NCBI GenBank assembly: GCA_004283055.1 | Contig: SHLP01000003.1 | Location: forward strand, 35,282-99,281 | Direction of reading: 5' to 3' | Length of the DNA stretch: 64,000 nucleotides | Origin: Deltaproteobacteria bacterium | GTDB lineage: Bacteria; Myxococcota_A; Polyangia; Polyangiales; Houyiibacteriaceae | Shown: piece by piece, positions 10,120 to 20,650 of the stretch | Layout of the letters: each line of letters begins with the position of its first letter | How positions within the stretch are numbered: position 1 is the first letter of the stretch | The notes under the pieces: model-generated | Told to the model about the DNA's origin: nothing | Seen by the model: only the letters and a program-made list of their open reading frames with translations | The model's database searches: none | Translations under genes and position numbers: made by a program

Positions 10120-12258
10120 TTGCTTCTGCACGAAAAGCGCCTTGCTCTGGCGCCGATCGACCTGCGCGGCGTCCTAGCCGACGCTTCGGTTGGTTTGCTG
10201 CTGGTCGGACTCATGGGGCTCCTGTTGGCAAAACGGCATTTGCTGGGCCGCTTCCTGGCGTTGATGCTGCTCGTCACGTTCGTCCTGCTGAGCTTTGCCA
10301 TGTACGAGTTCGTCTCGGTGTTTGATTCCCTGTACGCGCTCAGTCACGCCGGCTTCCTCGGCGATCCGACGTTTCTGGGCGGCTCGGTCCTGCACGCACG
10401 CCGCCCGCTGCTGCTCGCGCTGGTGACGGCTCTCGCGGTCCTCGGAGCCGCGTGGGCGCGCCCGCCCGTGTCGCTCTGGTGGCGATGGTGGGGCCTCGGT
10501 TTCGCGGTTTCGGTGTTCGGGCAAGTGCTCATCCCTACCTCGTACGCCCACGAAGAGTGGCGCGAACGTCACGCGATTCAGGCGAATCTCGGGTTCTTTC
10601 CGCCTTCCGCCCGGCCCCACCGCGTCGCCATCAGCGCCGAGGTTCGGGAGGTGTTTGACGGCGATCTCGGCGGCGAGCGCTGGGTGGGGCCGCTGTCCAA
10701 ACGGCCGAATGTTCTACTCATCCTGATCGAAGCGGCGTCAGGCGCGCATCTCCCTTCGGTCGCGGCGGCCGAGGGGGTCCGGAGCGACATCGAGATGCCC
10801 AAGCTCGACGCGCTCGCTCGCCGGCATGTTCTCTTCACGCACGTCGTCTCGCATCAGCGCCAGACCAACCGCGGGGAGTACGGGATCCTCTGCGGGGACT
10901 ACCCGAAGCTCCTCACCGATCAGTCCAAGATGAGCGAGCAGGTCTATGCAGCCGCGCGCCGCTGCCTTCCGGAGGCGCTGCGGGAGCAGGGATACGCCAC
11001 TTCCTACATTCAATCGGCGCCCCTCGGCTTCATGCTCAAGGATCAGTTCATGAAGAAGGCGGGCTTCGAGGAGCTCATCGGCGACCCATTTTTTTTGCAG
11101 AGCTACGCGCGAACGGACTGGGGCGTCGACGACAAGGCCTTCTTCGAGCAGTCACTCGGACCCGTCCTCCGGCTGCATGCGGCGGAGCGACCGTTCTTCG
11201 CGACGCTCTTGACCGTAGGCACCCACCATCCGTTTACCTTTCCTGACGCGGCTCCAGCAGACGGAGGGCAGACCCGGCAAGCGCGGGCTTTCCGATGGGC
11301 CGACGATGCGCTCGCGGATTTTCTCGATGAGCTCGGTCGGCGCGGCGTGCTGAACGACACGGTCGTCATCGTAACGTCGGACGAATCGACTGGGGTACGT
11401 CAGGCGGGTAGCGCCACGCATAGGCTGCTCTCGCAGAGTTGGTCCTTTGCGGTCGTCATGTTTCCCGCGCCAATCGTGAAACGCGTCGACACCGTATACG
11501 CGCACGTCGATACCGCGCTGTCGGTCACTGATTTACTGGGCTTCGGCCGCGAGGCCCACGGTTTTCAAGGACGCAGCTGGTTTCGGGACTACGCATCGCC
11601 CCGTCCGGTGTTTTCCGGAAACACGTACGCGCGGAGGGTGCTGATGTTCGAGCCGTCGGGCAGCGCGGTGATTTGTAGCGAATCGTTTCAGAATTGCTCA
11701 CGCTCGGTCCCGCTCGGAGGCTTGCCGTTCGGACCGAACCGCCAGAGCGAGCCTGCGCCGGAGCGCGCTCGTCAGCTGCTCACCGAGGTAGCCCGCCTCT
11801 CCCGCTCCGGCCGTGCGGACATGACACGGGCGGAGGGGCTCGACCTTCTCGTCGAGGAGCGCGTGACGGTGCGCGCGGCCGACGGAAAGAGACTGCTGAT
11901 CGGCGGGCAGTACCTCCGCGTCCCTCGCGGCACGACCCTGCGGGTCGACTTGGATCTCGACGTCCTGGGCGAGCAATCGGCGGTCGAGCTCCACCAAGAT
12001 GTCTTTCTCGGCGGCCGTTTGCAGCTCGAACGAGAAGACCGCGAGCTTCGAGCCGGAGAGCGCTGGCGCTTGAGCTACGAAATCGGCGTTCCTCGAGATT
12101 CTGGTCAACTCGTGGTCCAGCTCTACGCAACGACGGTCTCGGGCGACGTGGCGACGATTCGGTTCCACGATGCGAGGCTCACGATGACCGCTGGCAACGC
12201 GACTTCCGACGCTGTGCTCGTCATCGAGGACGCGGTGTCTCGGTCCGTTCCTCGCTGA
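10120..12258 (+). CDS. LTA-synthase/alkaline-phosphatase-superfamily membrane transferase (sulfatase fold)
   Basis: N-terminal TM helices; PNVLLILIEA, QTNRGE (Thr nucleophile position), TVGTHHPF, IVTSDE. True start may lie upstream (frame open from 10021). Confidence 0.75.
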   Translation: MLLHEKRLALAPIDLRGVLADASVGLLLVGLMGLLLAKRHLLGRFLALMLLVTFVLLSFAMYEFVSVFDSLYALSHAGFLGDPTFLGGSVLHARRPLLLALVTALAVLGAAWARPPVSLWWRWWGLGFAVSVFGQVLIPTSYAHEEWRERHAIQANLGFFPPSARPHRVAISAEVREVFDGDLGGERWVGPLSKRPNVLLILIEAASGAHLPSVAAAEGVRSDIEMPKLDALARRHVLFTHVVSHQRQTNRGEYGILCGDYPKLLTDQSKMSEQVYAAARRCLPEALREQGYATSYIQSAPLGFMLKDQFMKKAGFEELIGDPFFLQSYARTDWGVDDKAFFEQSLGPVLRLHAAERPFFATLLTVGTHHPFTFPDAAPADGGQTRQARAFRWADDALADFLDELGRRGVLNDTVVIVTSDESTGVRQAGSATHRLLSQSWSFAVVMFPAPIVKRVDTVYAHVDTALSVTDLLGFGREAHGFQGRSWFRDYASPRPVFSGNTYARRVLMFEPSGSAVICSESFQNCSRSVPLGGLPFGPNRQSEPAPERARQLLTEVARLSRSGRADMTRAEGLDLLVEERVTVRAADGKRLLIGGQYLRVPRGTTLRVDLDLDVLGEQSAVELHQDVFLGGRLQLEREDRELRAGERWRLSYEIGVPRDSGQLVVQLYATTVSGDVATIRFHDARLTMTAGNATSDAVLVIEDAVSRSVPR

Positions 12259-14245
12259 GCTGAAGCCGGCACTCAATCCGCCGCATCTGCGCGTGCTCCC
12301 AGCGCTGGAGCTCACGTCCGAGGGCTTCGCGGGCTTCCGGCCTGTCGCTTTGGAGCCCGGGGTCTTCGTCCGGATTGGCTTCGTCGTCGAAAAACAACGT
12401 CGTGCCCGCGCTGCGATGATGAATCAGCCGATCGCCATCGAGGCTGATCGCGCCCTTGGGCTCGTAGCCTTTGTTCGACACTCGAATGCTCTGGAGTCGC
12501 GCGCGAATCGTCGCATCGTCGAGTGCGGGGAGACGAAAGCTATCGAAAAGCTCACGGCCCCGCACAGGGAAGGCCTCGGAAAAGGTCGCACGGCCCCGCA
12601 GGTCAGGCTCGAGCGTGAAGAGGCTCCGTGCCGACGTGTCGGATGGCAGAGGTAGGCCCAAGAAGTGCAGAACGGTCGGCGCAACGTCGGCGAGGCTGGC
12701 GCCGACGCGGGGCTCAGCGGGCGTGAACGCCGAGTGCCAAAGGACGAGCGGCACGTCGACCATCCAGCCGTTCAAGTACACGTGATGGCCCCAGTAGGAC
12801 CTCTCCCCCAATGCCTCACCGTGGTCCGAAAAGAAGATCACGAGGCTGTCGTCGAGCCAGTGTTCGGCTTCCAAGTAGCTCATCAAGCGGCCGAGCTCCC
12901 GGTCGAAGTAAGCGACCTCGCTCAGGTATGCGTTCTTCCTTCCACGACCAAAAGGAAACGCAGCATGCGACTCGTAGGGGTCGTGTGGAGCATAGTAGTG
13001 GACCCAGGCCATCACCGAGGCGTCGTCCCGATGCGCTTGGCGAAGTTGGGCGATGAGCGCATCGGTTGCGTCCTCGTCGGTGGCTGCGAACTTGGTTTCG
13101 ACACCGTGTGCGAGGAACTGCTGCACGATCGGAAGACGAAACCACTTCACATCCGGAAGCACGGCGATCTGCCGGTCGACGTGAGCACGGGAACGGGTGA
13201 AGATCGTCTCCGGCAAGGAAGGCGAGAGGTAGAGCTCTGCCGGGCTCAGGCCCGTAAACGCGCTGCCCACCGCAAACAGGGTGGCCGGGTACGTCGAGGT
13301 TGCGTTCCCCCAAGAGAGCCCTTTTTCAGACCATCTAGACAAGTGCGCAGTTACCGCGCTTCCATCGTGTTCTAGTCCCACGACGTCTTTTCGGAGCGCG
13401 TCGACCGTGATGAGGATGACGTTCCGCCGGCCGTCGGCCAGGATGCCGATTGGAGAGGTCTCGACGACGGGCCTCGGCTCGGGGCAACGCGCGTCGTCGC
13501 TCCAAAGGCTCGAATGTGTGCTCACGCGAGGGAGCACGTACAGGGTCGCCAAGGCGCCGGCTCGGCTCTGGGCGATCACTTCGCGCTGACCGGTTGCCAC
13601 GAGGGCAGGCGCAAAGCGCGATCCGACGCCAAGCAACGCACATGTCGCTGCGAGGCCGACGCCGATGAATCGACGGGGGGAATCGCGAACGATCAGGTAG
13701 AGCATCGCGCTGCTCAGGAGCGCCGCGGGAAAGACGAGCTGAGCGATCGAGTAATCGTATGCACGGTAGCGCACGATAACGGCTGTAAGCAGGCTGACCG
13801 CGACGATGCATAGTGCGATCCAGATCGCCTGCCACGGGCGCTTTCGAATCCGGATGCCGAGGATCAGCCAAAGCCAACCGGCTCCGGAGAGCAGGCCGAG
13901 CAGCAGCAACGTTGCCACTCGGAGCACGAAACGGTGGGGATGGCCGATCCATGCAGGTCCCGAAAGCAGGAAGTCGACGTGCTCCCAGCCGACGGCCATC
14001 GTCAGGATGGCGAGGATGAGAGTCCACGTCGCGACGATCGGTCGCGCCGCACCGGCCAAGCGTGACGCCGCGGCCAAGGCTAGGCTCGTCGGTATCGAGG
14101 CAAGCAGCGCGAGCCAACACAGCTGGGCGAGCAAACCGCTCGAGACGGTGCCCTGAGGGAGCAGGCCTGCCGTCAGAAGGAAGGCGGGGCCGAGGTAGGC
14201 CGCCGACCAGAGTACGAGCACCGAGTCGAACGGCTTAGCGGCCAT
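12221..14245 (-). CDS. Membrane-anchored sulfatase-like hydrolase/transferase
   Basis: About 6-7 TM helices then RNVILITVDALR, WVHYYAPHDPY, FFSDHGE, DVAPT. Confidence 0.78.
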   Translation of the reverse strand: MAAKPFDSVLVLWSAAYLGPAFLLTAGLLPQGTVSSGLLAQLCWLALLASIPTSLALAAASRLAGAARPIVATWTLILAILTMAVGWEHVDFLLSGPAWIGHPHRFVLRVATLLLLGLLSGAGWLWLILGIRIRKRPWQAIWIALCIVAVSLLTAVIVRYRAYDYSIAQLVFPAALLSSAMLYLIVRDSPRRFIGVGLAATCALLGVGSRFAPALVATGQREVIAQSRAGALATLYVLPRVSTHSSLWSDDARCPEPRPVVETSPIGILADGRRNVILITVDALRKDVVGLEHDGSAVTAHLSRWSEKGLSWGNATSTYPATLFAVGSAFTGLSPAELYLSPSLPETIFTRSRAHVDRQIAVLPDVKWFRLPIVQQFLAHGVETKFAATDEDATDALIAQLRQAHRDDASVMAWVHYYAPHDPYESHAAFPFGRGRKNAYLSEVAYFDRELGRLMSYLEAEHWLDDSLVIFFSDHGEALGERSYWGHHVYLNGWMVDVPLVLWHSAFTPAEPRVGASLADVAPTVLHFLGLPLPSDTSARSLFTLEPDLRGRATFSEAFPVRGRELFDSFRLPALDDATIRARLQSIRVSNKGYEPKGAISLDGDRLIHHRSAGTTLFFDDEANPDEDPGLQSDRPEAREALGRELQRWEHAQMRRIECRLQLSEERTETPRPR

Positions 14246-15941
14246 CGAGCTCCGCCACCTTTTGATTGAGGGACTGTTCGATCCCTATCACGCGCGTTGC
14301 GCGCATGGGCGGCTCGAACGCGCTGTGAAACAGCCGCCATCGGAGGCTAGGCTGAACGGGCGTGAGGCCCCATGCTTCAATGTCGCGAACGTTGCGGCGC
14401 AGGTCCAGCATGAAGTAGTCGCCGTACTGCCGATACGGGTGACGCGAAGCAAACGCAGCGCGTTCGTCTTCAGAGAACGCTTCGACCGCCGCAACGAAAA
14501 CCCAGACCGATACGCCCTGTTCGTTTGGAATCTCGCCGCGCGGGTTTCGTGACCAGCGGTGCGTGGCGCGGTCGAGTGTGATGTCGAATCGAGGCTCGAG
14601 GCGAAGCGGTTTGAGGCTGGTGTGCAGCTGGACGCCTGTGTTCCGGTCCGTCCAAGCCTTGACGCGACGCGCGAAGCGGAGCTCCGGCCGGCCCGAGTCG
14701 TAGCGATCCGTCGACCCTCGTACCGGGGTGAAGAACCACATCGAGCCGCCAACGTAGCGGCCCGTGGGGACGAGATCCACGTCGCGGGCCGCCAGAGGGA
14801 CGAGGAGGAGCAGAACGCCAACGCTTGCCAAGCGGCCCGCGCGCGCGCGAATCCAGCGCCCCATTTCGAAAAGTGAGGTCGTGACGGCGATCGCGACTGC
14901 GGGAAGCATCGGCCAGGCCCAGTACGAATGAACGATCGCGCTCCAGCGAAACGTCCAGTAGTGAATCGCGGCGGCGAGAAGAAAGGCGAGCGGCACCAAG
15001 TCTCGTGCCTTTGCCGTGCCGCGGGTCAGTCGGACCCCCCAGGCGCCGAGCCAGCCCAGGCAGAGGCCGAGAATCGGGGCCGTGAACATCAGCTCGGGCA
15101 CCACTACGAGGTGTGTGCGAAACCGGCTCCAGGATAGGGCCCGCCGCGCGTTGAACGTCCCCCTGAGCTCATCGAGATTTCCGGTCAGCGCTTCGACCAG
15201 CACGAAGTGCCCCACGAACAAGGCCAGTACCCAAAGGCAGAAGGCGGCAAGCTGCGTCGCCGACCCGCGTGGGAGCGAAGCGCTGCGCCGGGCATAGAGC
15301 GACCACGCCCAGTGGACAGCGATGCAGAACGCAAGGTAATAGCCCGGCCAGTCCCAGGTCGCAGTCATCGCGAAGCTGGCGAGAAAGATCGCGAAAGGCA
15401 GCGGCCGCCAGGGTGGGGCACGGCTCGGGCGGATGTAGAGAAAGAGCGTCAGCAGTCCCCAGAAAAGGAATCCAGCCGAGTTGTTGGCCATGTTCGTGTA
15501 GATGGCGTTGATTGGGAGTGCGACGTAGATGGCCGATGCGGCGAGCGCGTGCGCGTCGTCCCAGAGGCGTCTCACCACGGCGAAAAGCATGCAGAGCGTC
15601 GCTACGCTCCAGAAGCCCGCCACCAGGCGGATCGACAGCTCGCGGTCGCCCAACAGCTTCACGGCGACGACGTTGTGCAGGTGCAGGGCGAGCGGATGGT
15701 GGGTGTACACCTGGTCCTTGCTCGGCGGTACGTTGGCCGTCTCGTACTGCAGCGGAAACAACACCCCCCAACGCAGGGTGTTTCGGGCGGCGTTATGGTA
15801 CGCGGCTCCATTCCAGCCGTTGTGGCCCCGCGTCCATTGGTCGGCGACCCCCCACACGGCCAAAAAGACCTGCGCTGCGAGCACCATGGCAAAGGCGATG
15901 CGTACGAGCCTTCGCCTCTCGCCGACGCGGTCAGGCCTCAT
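14235..15941 (-). CDS. GT-C fold glycosyltransferase (ArnT/PMT, family 39/83-like)
   Basis: Polytopic membrane protein with YTHHPL loop and 'ELSIRL...LFAVVRRLW...ALAASAIY' pattern typical of PMT_2/ArnT. Confidence 0.72.
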   Translation of the reverse strand: MRPDRVGERRRLVRIAFAMVLAAQVFLAVWGVADQWTRGHNGWNGAAYHNAARNTLRWGVLFPLQYETANVPPSKDQVYTHHPLALHLHNVVAVKLLGDRELSIRLVAGFWSVATLCMLFAVVRRLWDDAHALAASAIYVALPINAIYTNMANNSAGFLFWGLLTLFLYIRPSRAPPWRPLPFAIFLASFAMTATWDWPGYYLAFCIAVHWAWSLYARRSASLPRGSATQLAAFCLWVLALFVGHFVLVEALTGNLDELRGTFNARRALSWSRFRTHLVVVPELMFTAPILGLCLGWLGAWGVRLTRGTAKARDLVPLAFLLAAAIHYWTFRWSAIVHSYWAWPMLPAVAIAVTTSLFEMGRWIRARAGRLASVGVLLLLVPLAARDVDLVPTGRYVGGSMWFFTPVRGSTDRYDSGRPELRFARRVKAWTDRNTGVQLHTSLKPLRLEPRFDITLDRATHRWSRNPRGEIPNEQGVSVWVFVAAVEAFSEDERAAFASRHPYRQYGDYFMLDLRRNVRDIEAWGLTPVQPSLRWRLFHSAFEPPMRATRVIGIEQSLNQKVAELDGR

Positions 15942-15974
15942 GTCAGGCCAGTATGGCCTCTCGAGCTGCGCGCG

Positions 15975-17588
15975 TCAGTTTTCGAGAAGTCGTCGTGCGA
16001 CGACGTGCGCCTGAATCTCGTTGGCGCCCTCGAAGATGCTCAGCACTCTGGAATCGACGAGGAGCCGGGACGCGGTGTACTCCTCGGCGTAGCCGTTTCC
16101 GCCGTGAATTTGAACGTTGGCGTCGGAGGACTCCCATGCACAGCGCGTTGCCAAGAGCTTGGCCATGCCCGCCTCGAGGTCGCAGCGTTTTTCTTGGTCC
16201 TTCTCCCGCGCGCTGAAATACGTGAGCTGGCGGCCGGCTTCGATGCGGCAGATCATGCGGCCGATCTTCCGAGCCACCCTCGGGAACTGGAAAATGGGAC
16301 CGCCGAATTGCTCGCGCTCGGTGGCGTAGAGAATGGCGTCTTCGAGCGCTGCTTGAGCGAGACCGACGCCGCGGGCAGCGGTTTGAATCCGCGCGCTTTC
16401 GAACGTCTGCATGAGCTGCTTGAAGCCCGCGCCTTCCTCGCCGCCCAGCAAAGCCTCGGCGGGGACGCGAAAGCCTTCAAAGCTCAGCTCATACTCCTTC
16501 ATGCCGCGATAGCCGAGGACCTTGATTTCGGTGCCGGTGAGCCCCTCGTCGACAAATTCGGGCTCGCCGTCCTCGCCTGTCAGGCGCGTCTTCTCCGCGA
16601 GGAACATCGACAGCCCCTTGTAGCCGGGTTCATCCGAGTTCGTGCGCGCGAGCAAAGTCATCAGGTCGGCGCGCACCGCGTGCGTGATCCAGGTTTTTGC
16701 TCCGTTGATGACGTAGCTTCCGTCCGCTTGCTTGACGGCGCGCGTCCCGAGGTGGGCGAGGTCCGATCCGGTGTTTGGCTCGGTGAAGACCGCGGTGGAC
16801 AGCACCTCGCCGGCTGCGATCTTTGGCAGCCAGCTCTGTTTCTGCTCTTCGGTTCCCCCTCCTAGAATGAGCTCGGCTGCGATTTCGGCGCGTGTGCCGA
16901 GCGAGCCTACGCCAATGTAGCCGCGCGAGAGCTCCTCGGTGACGACGCACATGGCGACTTTGCTCATCCCAAGGCCGCCGTACTCTTCGGGAATCGTGAG
17001 CCCGAAAACGCCGAGCTCGCTCATCTGTTCGACGATTTCCATCGGAATCAAAACGTCGTGACGGTGGATGTCTTGAGCCTTTGGAATGACCGCGGCGTCT
17101 ACGAACTTCGAAAACTGTGACCGAATCTCGTCGAGCATCTCGTCGCCAAAGCCGCGATTCGCGAAGCCGTTGTCCCGGGCGTGCGCGGCAAGCTCCAGAT
17201 ACACCTGGCCGTTCGCATGCTCGTGCGAGAAGGCGGTGACCTCGGGCCCAAGCAGCGTTTCACGCAGGAGGCCTTCATTGACGCCGACCTCGGCCAGACT
17301 GATGCTCTCACAGGCGCCTAAGTCGACGCCTCCGACGATGGAGCGCGCGACCTCGCCGATGTACGCGCGAGCGATTTTACCCTCGTACTCGCCCCCGACG
17401 CGCTCGGCCCAGGCGGCCAACTGGCGGCAGGCTTCGAGCTCGGTGGCAAGGTAAGCGACGGCGTGCGCGGCAAGCTGATTCGCGTTCAGCTTCTTGGCGC
17501 TGATCCGATCCCCGTCAGAGACGAGCGCTTTGACGTGGTCGTGTGCGCGCTGGTAGACGGCTTCAATCGCTTCAATGACCTTCTGCAT
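15975..17588 (-). CDS. mcd: (2S)-methylsuccinyl-CoA dehydrogenase (acyl-CoA dehydrogenase family)
   Basis: 537 aa ACAD with N-terminal extension; GSLGTRAEIA, AVFTEPNTGSDL, VLGYRGMKEYE, FESARIQTAAR as in Mcd; in an operon with ecm. Confidence 0.85.
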   Translation of the reverse strand: MQKVIEAIEAVYQRAHDHVKALVSDGDRISAKKLNANQLAAHAVAYLATELEACRQLAAWAERVGGEYEGKIARAYIGEVARSIVGGVDLGACESISLAEVGVNEGLLRETLLGPEVTAFSHEHANGQVYLELAAHARDNGFANRGFGDEMLDEIRSQFSKFVDAAVIPKAQDIHRHDVLIPMEIVEQMSELGVFGLTIPEEYGGLGMSKVAMCVVTEELSRGYIGVGSLGTRAEIAAELILGGGTEEQKQSWLPKIAAGEVLSTAVFTEPNTGSDLAHLGTRAVKQADGSYVINGAKTWITHAVRADLMTLLARTNSDEPGYKGLSMFLAEKTRLTGEDGEPEFVDEGLTGTEIKVLGYRGMKEYELSFEGFRVPAEALLGGEEGAGFKQLMQTFESARIQTAARGVGLAQAALEDAILYATEREQFGGPIFQFPRVARKIGRMICRIEAGRQLTYFSAREKDQEKRCDLEAGMAKLLATRCAWESSDANVQIHGGNGYAEEYTASRLLVDSRVLSIFEGANEIQAHVVARRLLEN

Positions 17589-17652
17589 GATTTTCTCCTA
17601 ACCGTTCGCGATCGCGGCGCGGGCTCCTTCGACTTCGTTCATGACTTCTTCA

Positions 17653-18657
17653 TCAAGTGGTGCCGAGCGCTGCTACATAGTCTCGGCTCAAGTGCTCGCA
17701 AAGGGCCAAGGGCGTTTCACCGCCGTCGAGCTCTCGTTCGGCGAGCGCTTGCAACTCTGCCTTTCCTCCTAGGGTCGAAACCCCGTGCTCGCCATGCTTT
17801 CGGCTGAAAAGGTCCAGAACCCAGCTCACCTCCCCTTGCCGGCGCCGCGCCACGAGGGTCCCCTGAATGTGCGCTCGATGCTGCTCGAGCGCGTCGACCA
17901 GGGCGTCCATTCCGGTGCCCTGGGTCGCGCTGGTGGCCACGATCGGGGTCTGCCAATCGCTGTCCTGTTCGGCCCCGGCCCCGACAGCGAGGGCGGTTTG
18001 GATCGCTCCCCGCAGATCGGCGACTGCGCGTCGTGCCAGCTCCTCCTGATCGGCCTTGTTCACGACCAGGATGTCCGGAATTTCCATGATTCCTGCCTTC
18101 AAGAACTGAAGCACGTCTCCGCTCCCGGGCTGGATGACGAGTACGACGGTGTCGGCAACGTCGACGACATCGACCTCCGACTGACCCACGCCGGTCGTCT
18201 CGACGACGACCATATCGTAGGCGGAGGCCAGCACGCGCACCGCGGAGTTCGCGGCGTAGGTGAGGCCGCCGACTTCGCCGGCAGTCGCAAGTGAACGGAC
18301 GAAGAGGCCCGCATCTGTCGGGTCGAAGCTCATGCGCGCACGGTCGCCGAGCAGCGATCCGCCTGACCGTATGCTCGACGGGTCGACGGCTACCACGCCG
18401 ACGGTGCGACCGCGCCGCCGAACGCAGCGAGCAAGCGCCGCGGTGAGCGTGCTCTTGCCGACGCCCGGCGGGCCTGTGAGCCCGACTCGATGCCCGCCGG
18501 CTGCTTTGGGCGCGTCTTTGAGTGCGGCCAACAGCGCTGCCACACGCGCCTGCGAGCCCGGCCTCCGATCTTCGACTAGATTCAAAGCGCGGGAAATGGC
18601 GGCCTTGTCCGCGGACATCACCCGCAACCCGTCCTCGCTCGGGTCACTCGGCGGCAT
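17653..18657 (-). CDS. meaB: Acyl-CoA mutase-associated GTPase MeaB/ArgK
   Basis: GPPGVGKST, AVDPSS..SGGSLLGDRARM, VETTGVGQSE, KAGIMEIPD, NKAD. Confidence 0.92.
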   Translation of the reverse strand: MPPSDPSEDGLRVMSADKAAISRALNLVEDRRPGSQARVAALLAALKDAPKAAGGHRVGLTGPPGVGKSTLTAALARCVRRRGRTVGVVAVDPSSIRSGGSLLGDRARMSFDPTDAGLFVRSLATAGEVGGLTYAANSAVRVLASAYDMVVVETTGVGQSEVDVVDVADTVVLVIQPGSGDVLQFLKAGIMEIPDILVVNKADQEELARRAVADLRGAIQTALAVGAGAEQDSDWQTPIVATSATQGTGMDALVDALEQHRAHIQGTLVARRRQGEVSWVLDLFSRKHGEHGVSTLGGKAELQALAERELDGGETPLALCEHLSRDYVAALGTT

Positions 18658-20650
18658 GCTGACGGTCGACCAGGTCGATCAAGTCGCTCATGATGTTGTC
18701 GAGCTCGAAATCCTTTGGAGTGTAGACCGCCGCGACCCCCTCGGCGCGAAGCCTCTCGGCGTCCGCTTCTGGAATGATGCCGCCGGCGACCACTGGGATG
18801 TCGCCTAGGCCTGCGTCGCGAAGCCGCTGCACGACCTCGGGAACCAGCGCGAGATGAGAGCCGCTCAGGATGCTGAGGCCGATGAGGTGCACACCTTCCT
18901 CGAGCGCCGACGCCACGATTTGCTCGGGAGAGACTCGGATTCCCTCGTACACCACGTCAAAGCCGACGTCGCGTGCCTTGATTGCGATTTGCTCGGCGCC
19001 GTTCGAATGCCCATCGAGGCCCGGCTTGCCGACCAGAAGCTTGGCGCGCCGTCCCATCTGCGACTCGAGCGCGTCGAGTCGTTTGCGGAGGCCAGCGATC
19101 TTTTCGGCAGCCGCTCCTGAGCGGGAAGCTTTCACCGAGGCGCCAGCAACCCCCGTCGGTGCGCGGTACTCGCCCCAAACCTGGCGAAGGGTGTTGGCCC
19201 ATTCACCGGTTGTCACACCGGCATGCGCCGCGGCGATCGAGGCTGACATCAGGTTTTCGTCGGTCCTCGCGACACGCTCAATTTCTGCGAGCGCAGCGTC
19301 GACGGCGGCGTCATCCCGGCTCTCCTTCCAGCGTGCGAGCGCGGCGCGTTGCCTGGCATCGACCTCCGGGTCGACCGTGAGAATCGCCTCGTCGAGATTT
19401 TCGGTGAGCGGGGACGGGGCGCCTTCCACGTACTTGTTGACGCCGACGACGACCTGCTCCCCGGCTTCAATCGCGCGAAGCCGGGCTGCATTGGACTCCA
19501 CTAGCTTCTGCTTGATGTAACCGGTCTCGACTCCTTGAACCGCTCCGCCTCGCTTCAAGACCTCCTGAACCTCCGCCCAGGCCGAGTCGACGAGCTGCTG
19601 CGTCTTCGCTTCGACCACGGCGCTGCCGTTGAACAGGTCATCGTATTCGAGAAGGTCTGTTTCGTAGGCGAGAATCTGCTGGGCGCGAAGAGACCACTGC
19701 TGATCCCAGGGTCGCGGAAGTCCGAGCGCCTCGTTCCAGGCGGGGAGCTGAATCGCGCGAGCCCTGGCGTCCTTGCTCAGCGTGACCGCTAGCATTTCGA
19801 GAACGATCCGGATCATGTTGTTCTCGGGCTGCTGTTCGGTCAGTCCGAGGGAGTTGACCTGAATCCCGTACCGGAACCTGCGCTGCTTGGCATCGGTCAC
19901 GCCGTAGCGCTCCCGGGTGACTCTGTCCCAGAGCTCGACGAATGCCCGCATCTTGCAGAGCTCTTCGACGAAACGAATGCCCGCGTTGACGAAGAAGCTC
20001 ATGCGCGCGACGACCTTGCCAAACTCTTCATCGGGCACCCGGCCCGTCGCTTTGACCGCATCGAGCACGCCGATCGCGGTAGCCAGCGCATACGCGAGCT
20101 CCTGTGTGGGTGTCGCCCCGGCCTCCTGCAAGTGGTAGCTGCAGATGTTGATGGGGTTCCACTTTGGAACCTCGTCGACCGTGTAGGTGATCAGGTCGGT
20201 GATCAATCGCATCGAGGCGGCTGGCGGAAAGATGTGTGTGCCGCGCGATAGATACTCTTTGATGATGTCGTTCTGAGTCGTTCCGCGAAGGACGTGGTGG
20301 TCGACCCCTTGGTCCTCGGCGGTCGCGATGTAGAGCGAAAGCAACCAGACAGCCGTCGCGTTGATCGTCATCGACGTGTTCATCTGGTCGAGCGGCAGAC
20401 CATCGAAAAGCGCGCGCATGTCACCGATGTGCGAGACCGGAACGCCCACCTTCCCAACCTCGCCGCGAGCAAGCGCGCTGTCGGGGTCGTAGCCGGTCTG
20501 AGTGGGCAAGTCGAAGGCAACACTGAGCCCGGTCTGGCCCTTGGCGAGGTTGGTCCGATAGAGCTCGTTCGATGCGGTCGCCGTGCTGTGGCCCGAGTAG
20601 GTCCGCATGATCCACGGTCTGTCGCGCTCTGGCTTGCCGTACTCCGCCAT
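18644..20650 (-). CDS. ecm: Ethylmalonyl-CoA mutase (MeaA/Ecm), B12-dependent
   Basis: RDRPWIMRTYSGHS, GQTGLSVAFDLPTQTGYD, QVNSLGLTEQQPENN, LGLPRPWDQQWSLR; B12 motif KPGLDGHSNG. Confidence 0.92.
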   Translation of the reverse strand: MAEYGKPERDRPWIMRTYSGHSTATASNELYRTNLAKGQTGLSVAFDLPTQTGYDPDSALARGEVGKVGVPVSHIGDMRALFDGLPLDQMNTSMTINATAVWLLSLYIATAEDQGVDHHVLRGTTQNDIIKEYLSRGTHIFPPAASMRLITDLITYTVDEVPKWNPINICSYHLQEAGATPTQELAYALATAIGVLDAVKATGRVPDEEFGKVVARMSFFVNAGIRFVEELCKMRAFVELWDRVTRERYGVTDAKQRRFRYGIQVNSLGLTEQQPENNMIRIVLEMLAVTLSKDARARAIQLPAWNEALGLPRPWDQQWSLRAQQILAYETDLLEYDDLFNGSAVVEAKTQQLVDSAWAEVQEVLKRGGAVQGVETGYIKQKLVESNAARLRAIEAGEQVVVGVNKYVEGAPSPLTENLDEAILTVDPEVDARQRAALARWKESRDDAAVDAALAEIERVARTDENLMSASIAAAHAGVTTGEWANTLRQVWGEYRAPTGVAGASVKASRSGAAAEKIAGLRKRLDALESQMGRRAKLLVGKPGLDGHSNGAEQIAIKARDVGFDVVYEGIRVSPEQIVASALEEGVHLIGLSILSGSHLALVPEVVQRLRDAGLGDIPVVAGGIIPEADAERLRAEGVAAVYTPKDFELDNIMSDLIDLVDRQHAAE

